DNA from: Rickettsiales bacterium
GTDB taxonomy: Bacteria; Pseudomonadota; Alphaproteobacteria; Rs-D84; CACZYB01
Direction of reading: 5' to 3'
Assembly (NCBI GenBank): GCA_031263095.1
Contig: JAISGI010000019.1
Span: 1 to 55,832 of the forward strand
DNA: 55,832 bases
A program made the translations under genes and the position numbers. Below the pieces are notes generated by a model. That model saw only the letters and a list, made by a program, of their open reading frames with translations. It had not been told where the DNA came from and searched no databases. Numbering within the stretch: the first letter of the stretch is position 1; every line of letters begins with the position of its first letter. Positions 36,384 through 54,240 of this stretch are shown piece by piece.

Positions 36384-36418
36384 GTGAAAAACCCGCGACA
36401 TGTGCGTGGGTTTTTCAC
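36384..36418 (-). terminator. intrinsic terminator downstream of rpoC
   Basis: GTGAAAAACCCGCG...CGTGGGTTTTTCAC hairpin. Confidence 0.75.
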
Positions 36419-36428
36419 TCTAATTTTC

Positions 36429-36460
36429 CAATCGAAAAAGGCGAAACATTTTTCGATTGA
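36429..36460. repeat. REP-like palindromic element, copy 3
   Basis: CAATCGAAAAA-GGCGAAACA-TTTTTCGATTG. Confidence 0.75.
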
Positions 36461-36466
36461 GTTCTA

Positions 36467-40633
<4,167 letters not shown>

Positions 40634-40643
40634 TTTCGGCTCC

Positions 40644-44795
<4,152 letters not shown>

Positions 44796-44929
44796 ATTTT
44801 AGACCTTTCTTGTTTAACTTGAACTCTAAAAGTTTATCATCTTTTTAGGGGTCAAAGTCGTGGTATAACTTTGCTGCGCGTTCCGTATGATGCGGAAAGT
44901 TCGGAAACGCTCGAACCTCCTCCTATGAT

Positions 44930-45268
44930 TTATAAAGTGTTCGCGCGGTTCATCACTTCGCAGACTTTGTAAAGCGCGCTGAGGGCCGCCTTGTTCGCCT
45001 TTGCGTCAAGCCGCGATGTCGACCGCTTCAGTTGCTCTTCGAACAATGCGATATCAAGCTTGACCCTTTCCGACGTTTCATGGAGCCCGAACTTCTTCAA
45101 ACTCTCCATAGTGCGGAAAAACACGCCTCCTTTCGCCTCCGCCGCTACGGACAAGCGTCCTCTGGCAAAGTTGTTCAAGACATTATATTGCGACTGACAA
45201 TAAAGCCTTGTGAACAATGCCCACACAAACTCGCACCGATCCATGGTCCTGCTTATGTTGACTTTCAA
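44930..45268 (-). CDS. hypothetical protein between rplL and rpoB
   Basis: 112-aa ORF (TTG start, AAAGG RBS) filling the spacer; no motif. Confidence 0.5.
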   Translation of the reverse strand: MKVNISRTMDRCEFVWALFTRLYCQSQYNVLNNFARGRLSVAAEAKGGVFFRTMESLKKFGLHETSERVKLDIALFEEQLKRSTSRLDAKANKAALSALYKVCEVMNRANTL

Positions 45269-45341
45269 GCTTTTGCCTTTCTTTTATTATTGTTGGAAAG
45301 CCTGTGAAATCCAAGCTTTCCAACATAAGCTCTTCCGGGAT

Positions 45342-45710
45342 TTACTTCAGTTCTACGCTCGCGCCAGCGGCCTCAAGCTTCGTCTTCATCTCCTCGGCCT
45401 GGGCTTTGGCGACGCCCTCTTTCACGGCCTTCGGCGCGCCGTCAACAAGGTCTTTGGCTTCTTTAAGGCCAAGCCCGGTTATCTCGCGCACCTCTTTGAT
45501 GACGGCGATTTTGTTTCCGCCCGCCGAGGTCAGCATGACGGTAAAATCGGTCTTCTCGGCCTCGGCCGCTCCGGCACCGCCAGCGGCGGCAACCATTACG
45601 GGCGCGGCGGCGCTAACGCCCCAACGCTCTTCAAGGGATTTGACAAGCTCGACGATGGTCTTGGTGTCCAGAGTGTCAAGCTCTTCCATAATCTTGTTCA
45701 AATCAGCCAT
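45342..45710 (-). CDS. rplL: 50S ribosomal protein L7/L12
   Basis: [27 protein letters not shown]. Confidence 0.98.
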   Translation of the reverse strand: MADLNKIMEELDTLDTKTIVELVKSLEERWGVSAAAPVMVAAAGGAGAAEAEKTDFTVMLTSAGGNKIAVIKEVREITGLGLKEAKDLVDGAPKAVKEGVAKAQAEEMKTKLEAAGASVELK

Positions 45711-45727
45711 TTTTTTGTCCTTCCAAT

Positions 45728-45752
45728 GTCATTCCCGCGAAGGCGGGAATCC
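45728..45752. repeat. GTCATTCCCGCGAAGGCGGGAATCC palindrome (dRS3/RPE-4-like REP)
   Basis: ATTCCC-N8-GGGAAT in the rplJ-rplL spacer. Confidence 0.7.
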
Positions 45753-45767
45753 GGTTGTTCTTATAAA

Positions 45768-46256
45768 TTATGCCGCAGAGGCGAGCTTTTCGCCCCGCGC
45801 GTTTAGTGCCCGTACCAGGTTGCCCATAAGAGTTTTGAGCAGGGCGAGCAGCTGCGCGCGCGCCTCGTCAAGCGTCGGCAGAAGGGCGAAGTCCTGTACT
45901 CCTGCGGCGTCGAGGATTTTACCCTCCGACGCGCCGCCAAGTACGACGACCTTCTGGTTGTCTTTCGCATACCCGAAGATAATCTTGTGGCTGATTATCG
46001 GATCGTCCGAATAGGCAATCAGGGTCGAGCCGGAAAATAGAGGAGCAATGCCCTCGAACCGGGTTCCCTTCAAGGCAAGTTTGGCAAGACGGTTCTGCGT
46101 GACCTTTATGCGTGCATTCTTTTCGCGCGCCCGATTTCTCAAGTCCGAAAGCTCGGCGACTGTCAAAGCGGAAAAATTCGCAACCGTCACCGACTCGGAT
46201 TTGGAAATGTCGGCGGCAAGAGCCTGCACCCAGGTCTTTTTCGAGTTCCGGTCCAT
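45768..46256 (-). CDS. rplJ: 50S ribosomal protein L10
   Basis: MDRNSK start with AAAGG RBS, LTVAELSDLR, NRLAKLAL, LPTLDEARA. Confidence 0.95.
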   Translation of the reverse strand: MDRNSKKTWVQALAADISKSESVTVANFSALTVAELSDLRNRAREKNARIKVTQNRLAKLALKGTRFEGIAPLFSGSTLIAYSDDPIISHKIIFGYAKDNQKVVVLGGASEGKILDAAGVQDFALLPTLDEARAQLLALLKTLMGNLVRALNARGEKLASAA

Positions 46257-46325
46257 TTCAAACCTTTCTTTGTCGTTAGTATTTGATTCGCCCTGCGGCG
46301 AACCGCCTTTTTGCCCAATTTTTTT

Positions 46326-46375
46326 GGTCTCGGCAGGTAGTTTCCAATTATCCTTGCGGCCCTGCTGTCTTGGAC
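46326..46375 (-). promoter_or_regulatory. L10 leader (ribosomal protein autoregulatory RNA)
   Basis: CCAAGACAGCAGG...TAA...CCTGCCGAGAC upstream of rplJ matches the L10-leader pattern. Confidence 0.75.
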
Positions 46376-46403
46376 AAAATCTTGTCCCCCGCATAGACGG
46401 GGA

Positions 46404-47093
46404 TTATTTGACCTCGCTTACGTCGAGTTTAAGCCCGACGCCCTGCGTAGTGGAAATCGACGCGCGCTTTATATAGACGCCCTTGGCCGCCGCAGGTTTC
46501 GCTTTCGCCACCGCCGAGGCAAGCGCCTTGAAGTTTTCAAGCAGCTTGTCGACGCCAAAGGAAAGCTTGCCGATTCCGGCATGAACTATGCCGGCCTTTT
46601 CCGCACGGAATTCCACTTCGCCAATCTTGGCACGCTCGACCGCACCCTTGACGTCCATAGTGACCGTGCCAAGCTTCGGGTTCGGCATAAGCCCCTTGGG
46701 GCCGAGGATTTTCGCAACCTTGCCAAGCGCCGCCATCATGTCGGGCGTCGCAATCACACGGTCAAAGTTTATTTCGCCCTTGAGCACAGCGGCGATAAGC
46801 TCGTCATCACCGTAAAGGTCTGCACCCGCGGCCTTGGCCTCGTCCGCCTTCGCACCCTTTGCAAACACCGCGACACGCACCTTTTTCCCGGTGCCGTTGG
46901 GAAGAGTCACCATCCCGCGTACATTTTGGTCGGATTGCTTGACATCAACGCCAAGCGAAATCGCCACGTCAACCGTCTCGTCGAACTTGGCCGACGCCCG
47001 TGCTTTAAGAGTTTCAAGCGCCTCGCGCACAGAGTAAATCTTGGCCTTGTCCAAGCCGTCGTTCATCTTTTTGATTCTTTTCGATACGAACAT
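46404..47093 (-). CDS. rplA: 50S ribosomal protein L1
   Basis: [30 protein letters not shown]. Confidence 0.98.
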   Translation of the reverse strand: MFVSKRIKKMNDGLDKAKIYSVREALETLKARASAKFDETVDVAISLGVDVKQSDQNVRGMVTLPNGTGKKVRVAVFAKGAKADEAKAAGADLYGDDELIAAVLKGEINFDRVIATPDMMAALGKVAKILGPKGLMPNPKLGTVTMDVKGAVERAKIGEVEFRAEKAGIVHAGIGKLSFGVDKLLENFKALASAVAKAKPAAAKGVYIKRASISTTQGVGLKLDVSEVK

Positions 47094-47096
47094 TTC

Positions 47097-47531
47097 TTAG
47101 CCCTCCACCGCGACGGACATAGAGCGGCACTGCCCCTCGACCTGGGACATCGCGGACTCGATTGTGTGGCAATTCATATCCACCATCTTTTCCTCGGCAA
47201 TCTTGCGGATTTGCGCGCGCGTAATCTTGCCCGCCTTGTCACCCTTGCCTGGGGTCTTCGAGCCGGATTTGATTCCCGCCGCCGACTTTATCAAATAAGA
47301 TACCGGCGGATGTTTGGCCGTGAACTCGAATGACTTGTCCTTATAGACCGTGATGATTACAGGCACGGGCGAGCCCTTTTCCATGTCCTTCGTCCGGTCG
47401 TTGAAAGCCTTGCAGAACTCCATTATATTCACACCCGCCTGGCCAAGCGCGGGACCCACAGGCGGAGAGGGCGAGGCCGCCCCGGCCGCAATCTGAAGCT
47501 TGACAAGCTTCGTTATTTCTTTCTTCGCCAT
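47097..47531 (-). CDS. rplK: 50S ribosomal protein L11
   Basis: [24 protein letters not shown]. Confidence 0.98.
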   Translation of the reverse strand: MAKKEITKLVKLQIAAGAASPSPPVGPALGQAGVNIMEFCKAFNDRTKDMEKGSPVPVIITVYKDKSFEFTAKHPPVSYLIKSAAGIKSGSKTPGKGDKAGKITRAQIRKIAEEKMVDMNCHTIESAMSQVEGQCRSMSVAVEG

Positions 47532-47590
47532 TTTATTTCCTTTCAGTTTAAGGGTGCAGTGCGGCTATGGCAAGCCTGCTGCGGTTGAAT

Positions 47591-47770
47591 TTATCTTTTA
47601 TTCTCAAGCGTCCGACGGCTAATCTCGGACGAAACCTTGGTCTTCGGCACATATGCGGCGCCGACTTTCACGAAAGTTCCGAGATACTCTACCTTGAAGT
47701 GCTTCCCGTTCGACCTTTTGGCCTTTTGCCTAGCTATAAGACCGTCGCCGTATTTGATTGTTATGACCAT
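47591..47770 (-). CDS. small basic hypothetical protein (59 aa) coupled to nusG
   Basis: TAATG stop/start overlap with nusG, GGAGA RBS; fills the nusG-rplK spacer. Confidence 0.5.
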   Translation of the reverse strand: MVITIKYGDGLIARQKAKRSNGKHFKVEYLGTFVKVGAAYVPKTKVSSEISRRTLENKR

Positions 47771-48345
47771 TATATTTTCTCCACTTGGCTGTATGATAAA
47801 TCTACCTGCGTCGGCCGTCCGAATATTGAAACGGAAACGGAAACGCGCTGCTTCTCGGCATCGACCTTTTCGATGACCCCGTTGAACGAGGCGAACGGCC
47901 CTTCGGTAACCTTGACCTGCTCCCCGGTCTCGTATGTTATGTCGAGGGCGAAAGTGTTCTCCTCCGTGTTCTCGAGCCGGTGGATAAGGTTCGCGGCCTC
48001 CTTTTCCGAAATCGGCGTCGGCTTCATGTGCGAGCCGAGGAATCCGGAAACAAGCGGTATGTCCCGCACCATGTGCCACGTCTCGTTGTTCATAATCATG
48101 CGGATAAGCACATACCCGGGAAAGACCTTTTTGTCGACCTTTACTTTTTTGCCATGCTTCAGCTCGACCGCCTCCTGCGAGGGGATGAGGATTTCCTCGA
48201 ACTTGTCCTCGGCTTTAAGCTTGCGGATTTTCTCTTCAAGCCGGGTAACAACTGCCTTTTCGCAGCCGGAATGGACATAGACCACGTACCAGCGGGCTTC
48301 CGGCTTGGTATCCACGGCGTATTTTACGGCGATTTGTCCACTCAT
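47770..48345 (-). CDS. nusG: transcription termination/antitermination factor NusG
   Basis: WYVVYVHSG.E, FPGYVL, KOW GPFASFNG, VSIFGRPT. Confidence 0.97.
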   Translation of the reverse strand: MSGQIAVKYAVDTKPEARWYVVYVHSGCEKAVVTRLEEKIRKLKAEDKFEEILIPSQEAVELKHGKKVKVDKKVFPGYVLIRMIMNNETWHMVRDIPLVSGFLGSHMKPTPISEKEAANLIHRLENTEENTFALDITYETGEQVKVTEGPFASFNGVIEKVDAEKQRVSVSVSIFGRPTQVDLSYSQVEKI

Positions 48346-48357
48346 TGCTTTTAACCC

Positions 48358-48546
48358 CTAGATGTTGAACGCGAAACCGAGTATCCACACGAAAATCTGA
48401 TCCACCAAAAGGAAGAACGCGGCGGCCACTACGGAAAAGATGAATATCATAAGGCTGGCCGATACCGTCTCGCGCCGGGTGGGCCACACGACCTTTCCGA
48501 CCTCTTCTTTCACGCTTGCGAAGAAACCTGCGATTTTTTTAATCAT
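48358..48546 (-). CDS. secE: preprotein translocase SecE
   Basis: KVVWPTRRET followed by a TM helix; upstream of nusG. Confidence 0.93.
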   Translation of the reverse strand: MIKKIAGFFASVKEEVGKVVWPTRRETVSASLMIFIFSVVAAAFFLLVDQIFVWILGFAFNI

Positions 48547-48605
48547 CTCAAAACCTCAATCTGTGAGCAAGTCAGGGTCCCCCTGACCTTGCGAACGCTT
48601 ACTCC

Positions 48606-48643
48606 CAATTGAAAAAGCGAGCGCAGCGCTGATTTTTCAATTG
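48606..48643. repeat. REP-like palindromic element, copy 4 (compensatory variant)
   Basis: CAATTGAAAAA-loop with GCGCAGC-TTTTTCAATTG. Confidence 0.7.
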
Positions 48644-48651
48644 CTCGGTTT

Positions 48652-48725
48652 TGGCAGGGGTAGAAGGAATCGAACCCTCATCCTTGGTTTTGGAGACCAG
48701 TACTCTACCACTGAGCTATACCCCT
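48652..48725 (-). tRNA. tRNA-Trp(CCA)
   Basis: AGGGGTA/TACCCCT acceptor, CTCCAAA anticodon loop, GTTCGATT T-loop, GCCA end; upstream of secE. Confidence 0.95.
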
Positions 48726-48928
48726 AACTCACTGATTTTACACATTTTCGACTGGCCAGCCTGCCAAAGTAGCAAAATGATAGCCGACAACCGCCGCAAA
48801 ATCAAGCAAAATCTTGATAGGCAGGATACAGGAATGGTTTTGCATTTGCAAGCTAAAAGAAAATGTTGATTTCCGCTATTTACAACGCCCGATTTTTATG
48901 CTATACTACACCGTAAGGAGAAGAGGTT

Positions 48929-50485
48929 ATGAGTATAAAAGTCAAGGCTGCTCTGGCATTTATGGCATTCGCAGCGATACCGCCTGGCGTGAGCGCCCAG
49001 GGAACAAGCGACTATTACGACTCTTTCTACAGCGATTATTACAAGTCATATCCCGTCGCGAACAAGCCTCAGGCCCTATCTCCAAGCTTGCCGCGGAATA
49101 TGGAGTTTGTCTCGCCCGGCTCCGTCCCGGCCCAGGATGTGGGCAGAGCCGCGCCGCTTGCGACCCCTGTCGCAGCAATTCAGGAACCCGCGCCCATGGG
49201 CGCGCCGACACAGGCGGGCCAGCCGGTGATAACGAAAAAGCAGGTAACCTACAAACCGCCCTCCGAGGTGGATTCGCACTACAAAAGCGTAACCCACGAC
49301 ACCAAGACTTGGGATGTCGAACTTCTATACCAGCAGGGCTGGGGCCAGTTCAGCTTCCTTATGGACGTCGGCTCGATTCTCAACTGGGACGAGTCCAGCA
49401 ACAACCAGGCGATAGTAAGGCTCTCTAGGGACTTCCTGTTCAAGAACCGCCAGATTGTGTTCAGCGCCTCGTTCGGCCAGGGAAAGCTTACCACCGACCG
49501 CACCTCGGACGACGATATTTTCAACGAGCTCCACCTGATTTCCCTTGGAAAAGGAAACGCTAACCTCCAGGATTGGTCGGTAAGCTTGGGTCTTCGCAAT
49601 TGGACGCGCTGGGCCGGCTGGGACATCACGCCGATGATCGGCCTCAAAAAGAAAATTCAGAAGTTCGAGATGTACGACCACGTAGCCCCCGCGCCGTTCT
49701 ACTTCGAGGCGCTCTGCTACGAGGATGACTACGGCACCTGCGCCGACATCGACCTTACCAACATCGACGGCATAGACTACTCGGATCTGGTATATATATA
49801 TGACGATGAAGGCGAATACTGGTACGTCGACATGTCGGCCGAAGATCAGGCGTATTATAACGAGGGCGGCGCCCTCCTGACCATTCCCGGCTGGGGCTAC
49901 GACGCCGAAGCAGACGCGGACGTCGAAAACATGTTCTATGGCATGCTTATACCCGAGGACGACTTCTGCTATTACACGGTGCTTGGCGACTACGCTTGCC
50001 TAGCGAACGAGGATAACTCGATTCTCTACGCTTTCGGCGGCGTGTCCAGCCTGAACGAGCAGTGGGGCATAACGCACATTTATTATGTCACGTGGTACGG
50101 CCCTTTCCTCGGCATGAATTTCGAACGGGCTATATCGCCGCGCGAGCTGGTCAATGTGTACCTCGAGCTTTACAGGCCGAAATATACCGTCTGGGGCAAC
50201 TGGCCCAACCGCGACGACTGGATGCACGACCCGTCCTTCTACGACAAGGGCTCCGACGCTTGGGGCTACCTGGTCGAGCTGAAATACAAATATATGTTCA
50301 AGCCCGGCGCGGAATTCATAATCGGCGCCAACTGGGAGTATATAAAGGTTGAAAACGCCGACACGACGCTGTTCTTCGCCGACGGCCGCGGCATGCTCGC
50401 GGGCGAGGAGTTCATACCAAACTCGATATTGCACGCAAGATGGTACAACGTCGCAGTCTTCGCGGGCCTAGGGTTCAAGCTATGA
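48929..50485 (+). CDS. outer-membrane beta-barrel protein (omptin-like) with acidic Tyr/Asp-rich insertion
   Basis: Signal peptide, Pro-rich linker, amphipathic strands, terminal AVFAGLGFKL strand; family assignment tentative. Confidence 0.65.
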   Translation: MSIKVKAALAFMAFAAIPPGVSAQGTSDYYDSFYSDYYKSYPVANKPQALSPSLPRNMEFVSPGSVPAQDVGRAAPLATPVAAIQEPAPMGAPTQAGQPVITKKQVTYKPPSEVDSHYKSVTHDTKTWDVELLYQQGWGQFSFLMDVGSILNWDESSNNQAIVRLSRDFLFKNRQIVFSASFGQGKLTTDRTSDDDIFNELHLISLGKGNANLQDWSVSLGLRNWTRWAGWDITPMIGLKKKIQKFEMYDHVAPAPFYFEALCYEDDYGTCADIDLTNIDGIDYSDLVYIYDDEGEYWYVDMSAEDQAYYNEGGALLTIPGWGYDAEADADVENMFYGMLIPEDDFCYYTVLGDYACLANEDNSILYAFGGVSSLNEQWGITHIYYVTWYGPFLGMNFERAISPRELVNVYLELYRPKYTVWGNWPNRDDWMHDPSFYDKGSDAWGYLVELKYKYMFKPGAEFIIGANWEYIKVENADTTLFFADGRGMLAGEEFIPNSILHARWYNVAVFAGLGFKL

Positions 50486-52536
50486 TGAGGCGGACACTGA
50501 CATCGCTGTCTCTGCTCCTGCTGGCCTCGACGCCGGCCGTTTCCGCGCCGAAGAAGTCGAACAAGGCCGAAATGCTCGAGGCCGCGCGCGCCGCGAAAAA
50601 AGGTGGAAAGCCCAAGACTGCGGCCCGCCCGCCGGCGAACTCGAACAAGCCGACCACGGCCGCCGCTGCGACCACTACGAAACGCGACTTCAAGGGCAAT
50701 ACCCAGGTCGAGGTCGATACGATAGCCAGCGACTTGATGAGCATGTGCCTCTCCTCACGCTGCGACGGCGACATAGCGTACAGCAACTGCTTCACGAAAG
50801 AAAAGATGGAAACGGTAATAGCCTCCGATTCAACATGCAAGGCACTGATGTCCGAGGCGACCTCGCCCCAGACGGCACAACTGATAAAAACCGAAACCTG
50901 GCGCCAGATGCAGCGCAGGTTCGAAAGCGCTTGCTCGAACGCCAATGGGACAATCCAGAACGGCGAGTGCATGATAAAGATTTGCTACAGGGCGACTGTC
51001 CCTCCTGGCGCGGGCGAAGGCGGGCCGATACAGAATTGCAAGCCGATGAGGATAGGCACGAACGTTATGTGCAGCTATACTACGTTCGGGTTCAGCGAAG
51101 GCGATATGGAATTCAAAGCCAAGGCCACCGCCGAGCAGGAAGCCGCCAAAATCGCCGCCACCATGACCCTCATCACCGGCGGTATCGAGGCCGGCATGAA
51201 CGTGGTCACTATGATTAAAACCTCCGCCGAGCTAAAGAATGCGAGTAAAGGCGAAGGAGATATTATATACTTCTTCAGTAATAAAGGTATTAGCGAAGGA
51301 AAAACATGCCTTACTAAAACCTACGATAAGGAAATTGTGAAAAACGGATGTGAGGGCTACGACAACGACGAGCCGGATAATGATGAAGGTGGAAAATTCT
51401 GCTCGAAAAAAACATCCTCTTACAATACTTATGAAAAGATTTGTAAAGGGGAAACGACTACAGGCGCGCTAGGGGGAGGGGACAGCAACGATGATATGCC
51501 CTCATGCAATGATACAACATATAGCGAAAGTGAAGAATTCGATACGGCTTCTCCATATCAAAATGGGAAATCATGCTGGGTATTCATAAAGAACTCGAGC
51601 GAGCTTGCAAAAACAAACAAGGCTAACGAGCTTGTAAGGAAGTTCGGAGCCATGAACAACCCCGAGGTGGAAGAAGCACGCGAACGCGTCAATATGATGA
51701 ATGCGATAGGCGCGCAAACAACGGCCGGTATGTACGCGCAGGGACTTGGAAGCACGTTTAGCAGTAGTGGCGGTTCTGAGGACTGTGCAACGGCAAGAAG
51801 CATTTATGCGACCAACAACACCTTGCTCAACGAAGTAAATACTTATAACTCCCAGAACCCCTCTGAAAAGTTGAATCCAGGCACCTGTAAGCAAACGGGC
51901 ACAAAGGTTGGGAACGGTTTCGAGTACACTTGCCTGACACAAGCCACTACCGCTAACGCCTGCAAATTCGAAAAGAATAGGTATGTCAAGATAAACACTG
52001 ACGCTGGTACATATGCTTCGACCTATTCATATAAGTATATATGTACGGGTGATTGCAATGATTGTACAGTACAAAATACGCCAATAGATCATATGAAATA
52101 TAATAGTCTTTCTGCTGCCAATAAAAAATGCTATGAGGTACAAGGGACTGCTACAGCAGGCGGAGCGACAAATATTATGAATATGTCCTACGACATAAAG
52201 CAGATGAATAATGAAATAAAGACGCTTACCAAAGAGGATAGAAAAACTATATGGGAAGCCGAGCGTGCAGAAGCCCAATACAACGAGAACCAGAAAAAAA
52301 TAAAAGAAAAGAACGAAGAGATAGCCTCCCTCAAAGCCCAAAAGGAAGCCTCTATGTCTGCAGCTATACAGGGTGGAATGAATACTGTTCTAAACGGAGG
52401 TCTGGCTCTTTCCACTGCCAATAAGGCCATAGAGGCCAACCGCGGCCTGCGTACCGGCATGTGCTGGGTGGGCGAACCCTCCAAAGGACTCCAGTTTGCC
52501 ACAGAGGGTCAGGCCAAGGCTGTCGGCTGGAGATAG
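50482..52536 (+). CDS. secreted Cys-rich protein with basic N-terminus and low-GC central segment
   Basis: ATGA overlap with the barrel gene, signal peptide, APKKSNK...AARAAKKGG, many Cys, coiled coil near the C-terminus. Confidence 0.8.
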   Translation: MMRRTLTSLSLLLLASTPAVSAPKKSNKAEMLEAARAAKKGGKPKTAARPPANSNKPTTAAAATTTKRDFKGNTQVEVDTIASDLMSMCLSSRCDGDIAYSNCFTKEKMETVIASDSTCKALMSEATSPQTAQLIKTETWRQMQRRFESACSNANGTIQNGECMIKICYRATVPPGAGEGGPIQNCKPMRIGTNVMCSYTTFGFSEGDMEFKAKATAEQEAAKIAATMTLITGGIEAGMNVVTMIKTSAELKNASKGEGDIIYFFSNKGISEGKTCLTKTYDKEIVKNGCEGYDNDEPDNDEGGKFCSKKTSSYNTYEKICKGETTTGALGGGDSNDDMPSCNDTTYSESEEFDTASPYQNGKSCWVFIKNSSELAKTNKANELVRKFGAMNNPEVEEARERVNMMNAIGAQTTAGMYAQGLGSTFSSSGGSEDCATARSIYATNNTLLNEVNTYNSQNPSEKLNPGTCKQTGTKVGNGFEYTCLTQATTANACKFEKNRYVKINTDAGTYASTYSYKYICTGDCNDCTVQNTPIDHMKYNSLSAANKKCYEVQGTATAGGATNIMNMSYDIKQMNNEIKTLTKEDRKTIWEAERAEAQYNENQKKIKEKNEEIASLKAQKEASMSAAIQGGMNTVLNGGLALSTANKAIEANRGLRTGMCWVGEPSKGLQFATEGQAKAVGWR

Positions 52537-53417
52537 CTGATTACGAAAATCGCCCCCATGGCAAGCGCGATTCCCCATACTATAGCGGGCCCGGTCGCAA
52601 GGTCGAAGTAGAACGAGGCAAACAATCCGCCGACAAGCCCCGCCATTGCTCCCGCATACTCAAGCGCCCTGCGCCGGAACTTGCCCCGCACGAAATACGT
52701 TCCGACCGCAGGAAAGACAAGCGACGCGAACACAAGATACACCCCGCAAAGCTGGACTGACACCGTTATGACCGCCGCGATGACAGGATAGAACCACCGC
52801 CCAAGGAACAGCGAGGGCTTTGAGTAGACAAGCGCCGCCGCGACAATGAAAATCCCGCCCGAAAACAAAATCCTGCCCCAATCCGCAAGCAAAAGCTGCC
52901 CGGACAGGATATTGTTTATATGCTCCGCCCCGTGCGGATTGACGCTAAGCACAAGCAGGACGAACGCGGTCGAAAGCACGAACGTGCAGCCTATCGCAAC
53001 CTCGTTCCACTTGATAAGCGAAACCCCTACGGCAAGGCGCACAACCTCCGGCGGCGCGTCCTGCAACGACGGGGCAAGCATAAGCGAGGTCGAACTTGGC
53101 TTGACTGCCGCCAACTGTTTTCCCTGCGCATTGCCGCGCCCGTCGTTTATGGCTTTCTCAATATCGACATGCTTTCGCTCGAGCCATTTGAAAAGCAGCG
53201 CACCCAAAAACGCGAAGAAAAACGCGCTCGCCTGCGTGGCGAAAAAAGGCATGCCGAGCACCTCCGCGAATATCGCGCCCATCGCCGCAAGCTGGGCAAG
53301 CGACAGGTCTATGAATACGGCGCCGCGCCGCAATACCTCGCGCCCAAGCGGCACATGTATAAGCAGCATAAGCGCGCCGGCCACGAACGCGGGCACAAGT
53401 ATCGCGATGTCGCCCAT
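52509..53417 (-). CDS. metal (Zn/Mn) ABC transporter permease, ZnuB-like, with ~51-aa palindrome-encoded insertion
   Basis: HVPLGREVLRRG.VFIDLSLAQLAA.G, PHGAEH, GVYLVFASL..PA, DL.TGPAIV. Confidence 0.85.
   Translation of the reverse strand: MGDIAILVPAFVAGALMLLIHVPLGREVLRRGAVFIDLSLAQLAAMGAIFAEVLGMPFFATQASAFFFAFLGALLFKWLERKHVDIEKAINDGRGNAQGKQLAAVKPSSTSLMLAPSLQDAPPEVVRLAVGVSLIKWNEVAIGCTFVLSTAFVLLVLSVNPHGAEHINNILSGQLLLADWGRILFSGGIFIVAAALVYSKPSLFLGRWFYPVIAAVITVSVQLCGVYLVFASLVFPAVGTYFVRGKFRRRALEYAGAMAGLVGGLFASFYFDLATGPAIVWGIALAMGAIFVISYLQPTALA
53011..53161. repeat. in-frame ~150-bp imperfect palindrome inside the permease gene
   Basis: CGGCAAGGCGCA/TGCGCATTGCCG and GGCGGCGCGTC/GACTGCCGCC arms; coincides with the hydrophilic peptide insert. 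Confidence 0.6.
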
Positions 53418-53418
53418 G

Positions 53419-54231
53419 TCATTCCCCTTTCATTGCCTTGATTGTGTTCTCGAAAAGCGCATACAAATCGGCCGCGCCCTCTCCAACGGTAAAGGGAAGC
53501 TTATAGGCGGGCTTGCCAGTCTTTTCGGCAAGCCATTTCGCCGCATCGGGATTCTCGAACGGAGCATATAGTATAATGTCCGCTTCGATTCCGACAAGTT
53601 GCGACAGGTGCGCCGCAGTCGGAGGAATTCCCGGCTTCGGCTCAAGGTTTCCAACCTCGTCCATCCCAAGCCACACAAAAAGATACGCCATGTTTTTATG
53701 GTGTGTAATCGCGCGCTTGCCGCGAAGGTTTTTTGCCTGAGCCTCCCATTTTTTCATCGCCGTCGACCACTTTTTCTTGAACGGCTCCGCTTCCACGCCA
53801 AGCCGCGCCGCAATCGCATCTGCAATAGGCAAAATGTTGCGCGGATCAAGGTGGACATGAGGATTTCCCTCAGGATGGACGTCTCCATGTGAACGGCTGA
53901 CGACAGCGGGCTTTTCAAGCATGTCCACGTAATTCGCGGCATAAAGGACGTCGGAATCGCTCCTTCCCACCTTCTGCAAAAGCACGGGAAGCCAACCAAT
54001 CTCAAGCTCCGCGCCGGTGCAGATTATCACGTCGGCATTGCGCACGCGGGCGATAAGCGACGGCTTCGCGCTTATGACATGCGGATCTTGAAGCGCGGTC
54101 GTGGCGGAGTATATGTCCGCCGCCGGGTCAAGCTCCTGGACAAGCGCCGCCCATTCCGGCTCGCACGTGAAGACACTCTTGGCAAAAACAATGCCGGGCA
54201 AAAGCAGGAATATAAATAGAAACTTTTTCAT
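53419..54231 (-). CDS. metal ABC transporter substrate-binding protein (ZnuA/TroA family)
   Basis: QDPHVISAKPS, GAELEIGWLP, GDVHPEGNPHVHLDP, EPKPGIPPTAAHL. Confidence 0.9.
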   Translation of the reverse strand: MKKFLFIFLLLPGIVFAKSVFTCEPEWAALVQELDPAADIYSATTALQDPHVISAKPSLIARVRNADVIICTGAELEIGWLPVLLQKVGRSDSDVLYAANYVDMLEKPAVVSRSHGDVHPEGNPHVHLDPRNILPIADAIAARLGVEAEPFKKKWSTAMKKWEAQAKNLRGKRAITHHKNMAYLFVWLGMDEVGNLEPKPGIPPTAAHLSQLVGIEADIILYAPFENPDAAKWLAEKTGKPAYKLPFTVGEGAADLYALFENTIKAMKGE

Positions 54232-54240
54232 ATTGCCTCC

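Noticed and set aside
46257-46394. N-terminal extension of L10 in the ORF track
   Set aside because: This is the L10 leader RNA; the real start is the ATG at 46256
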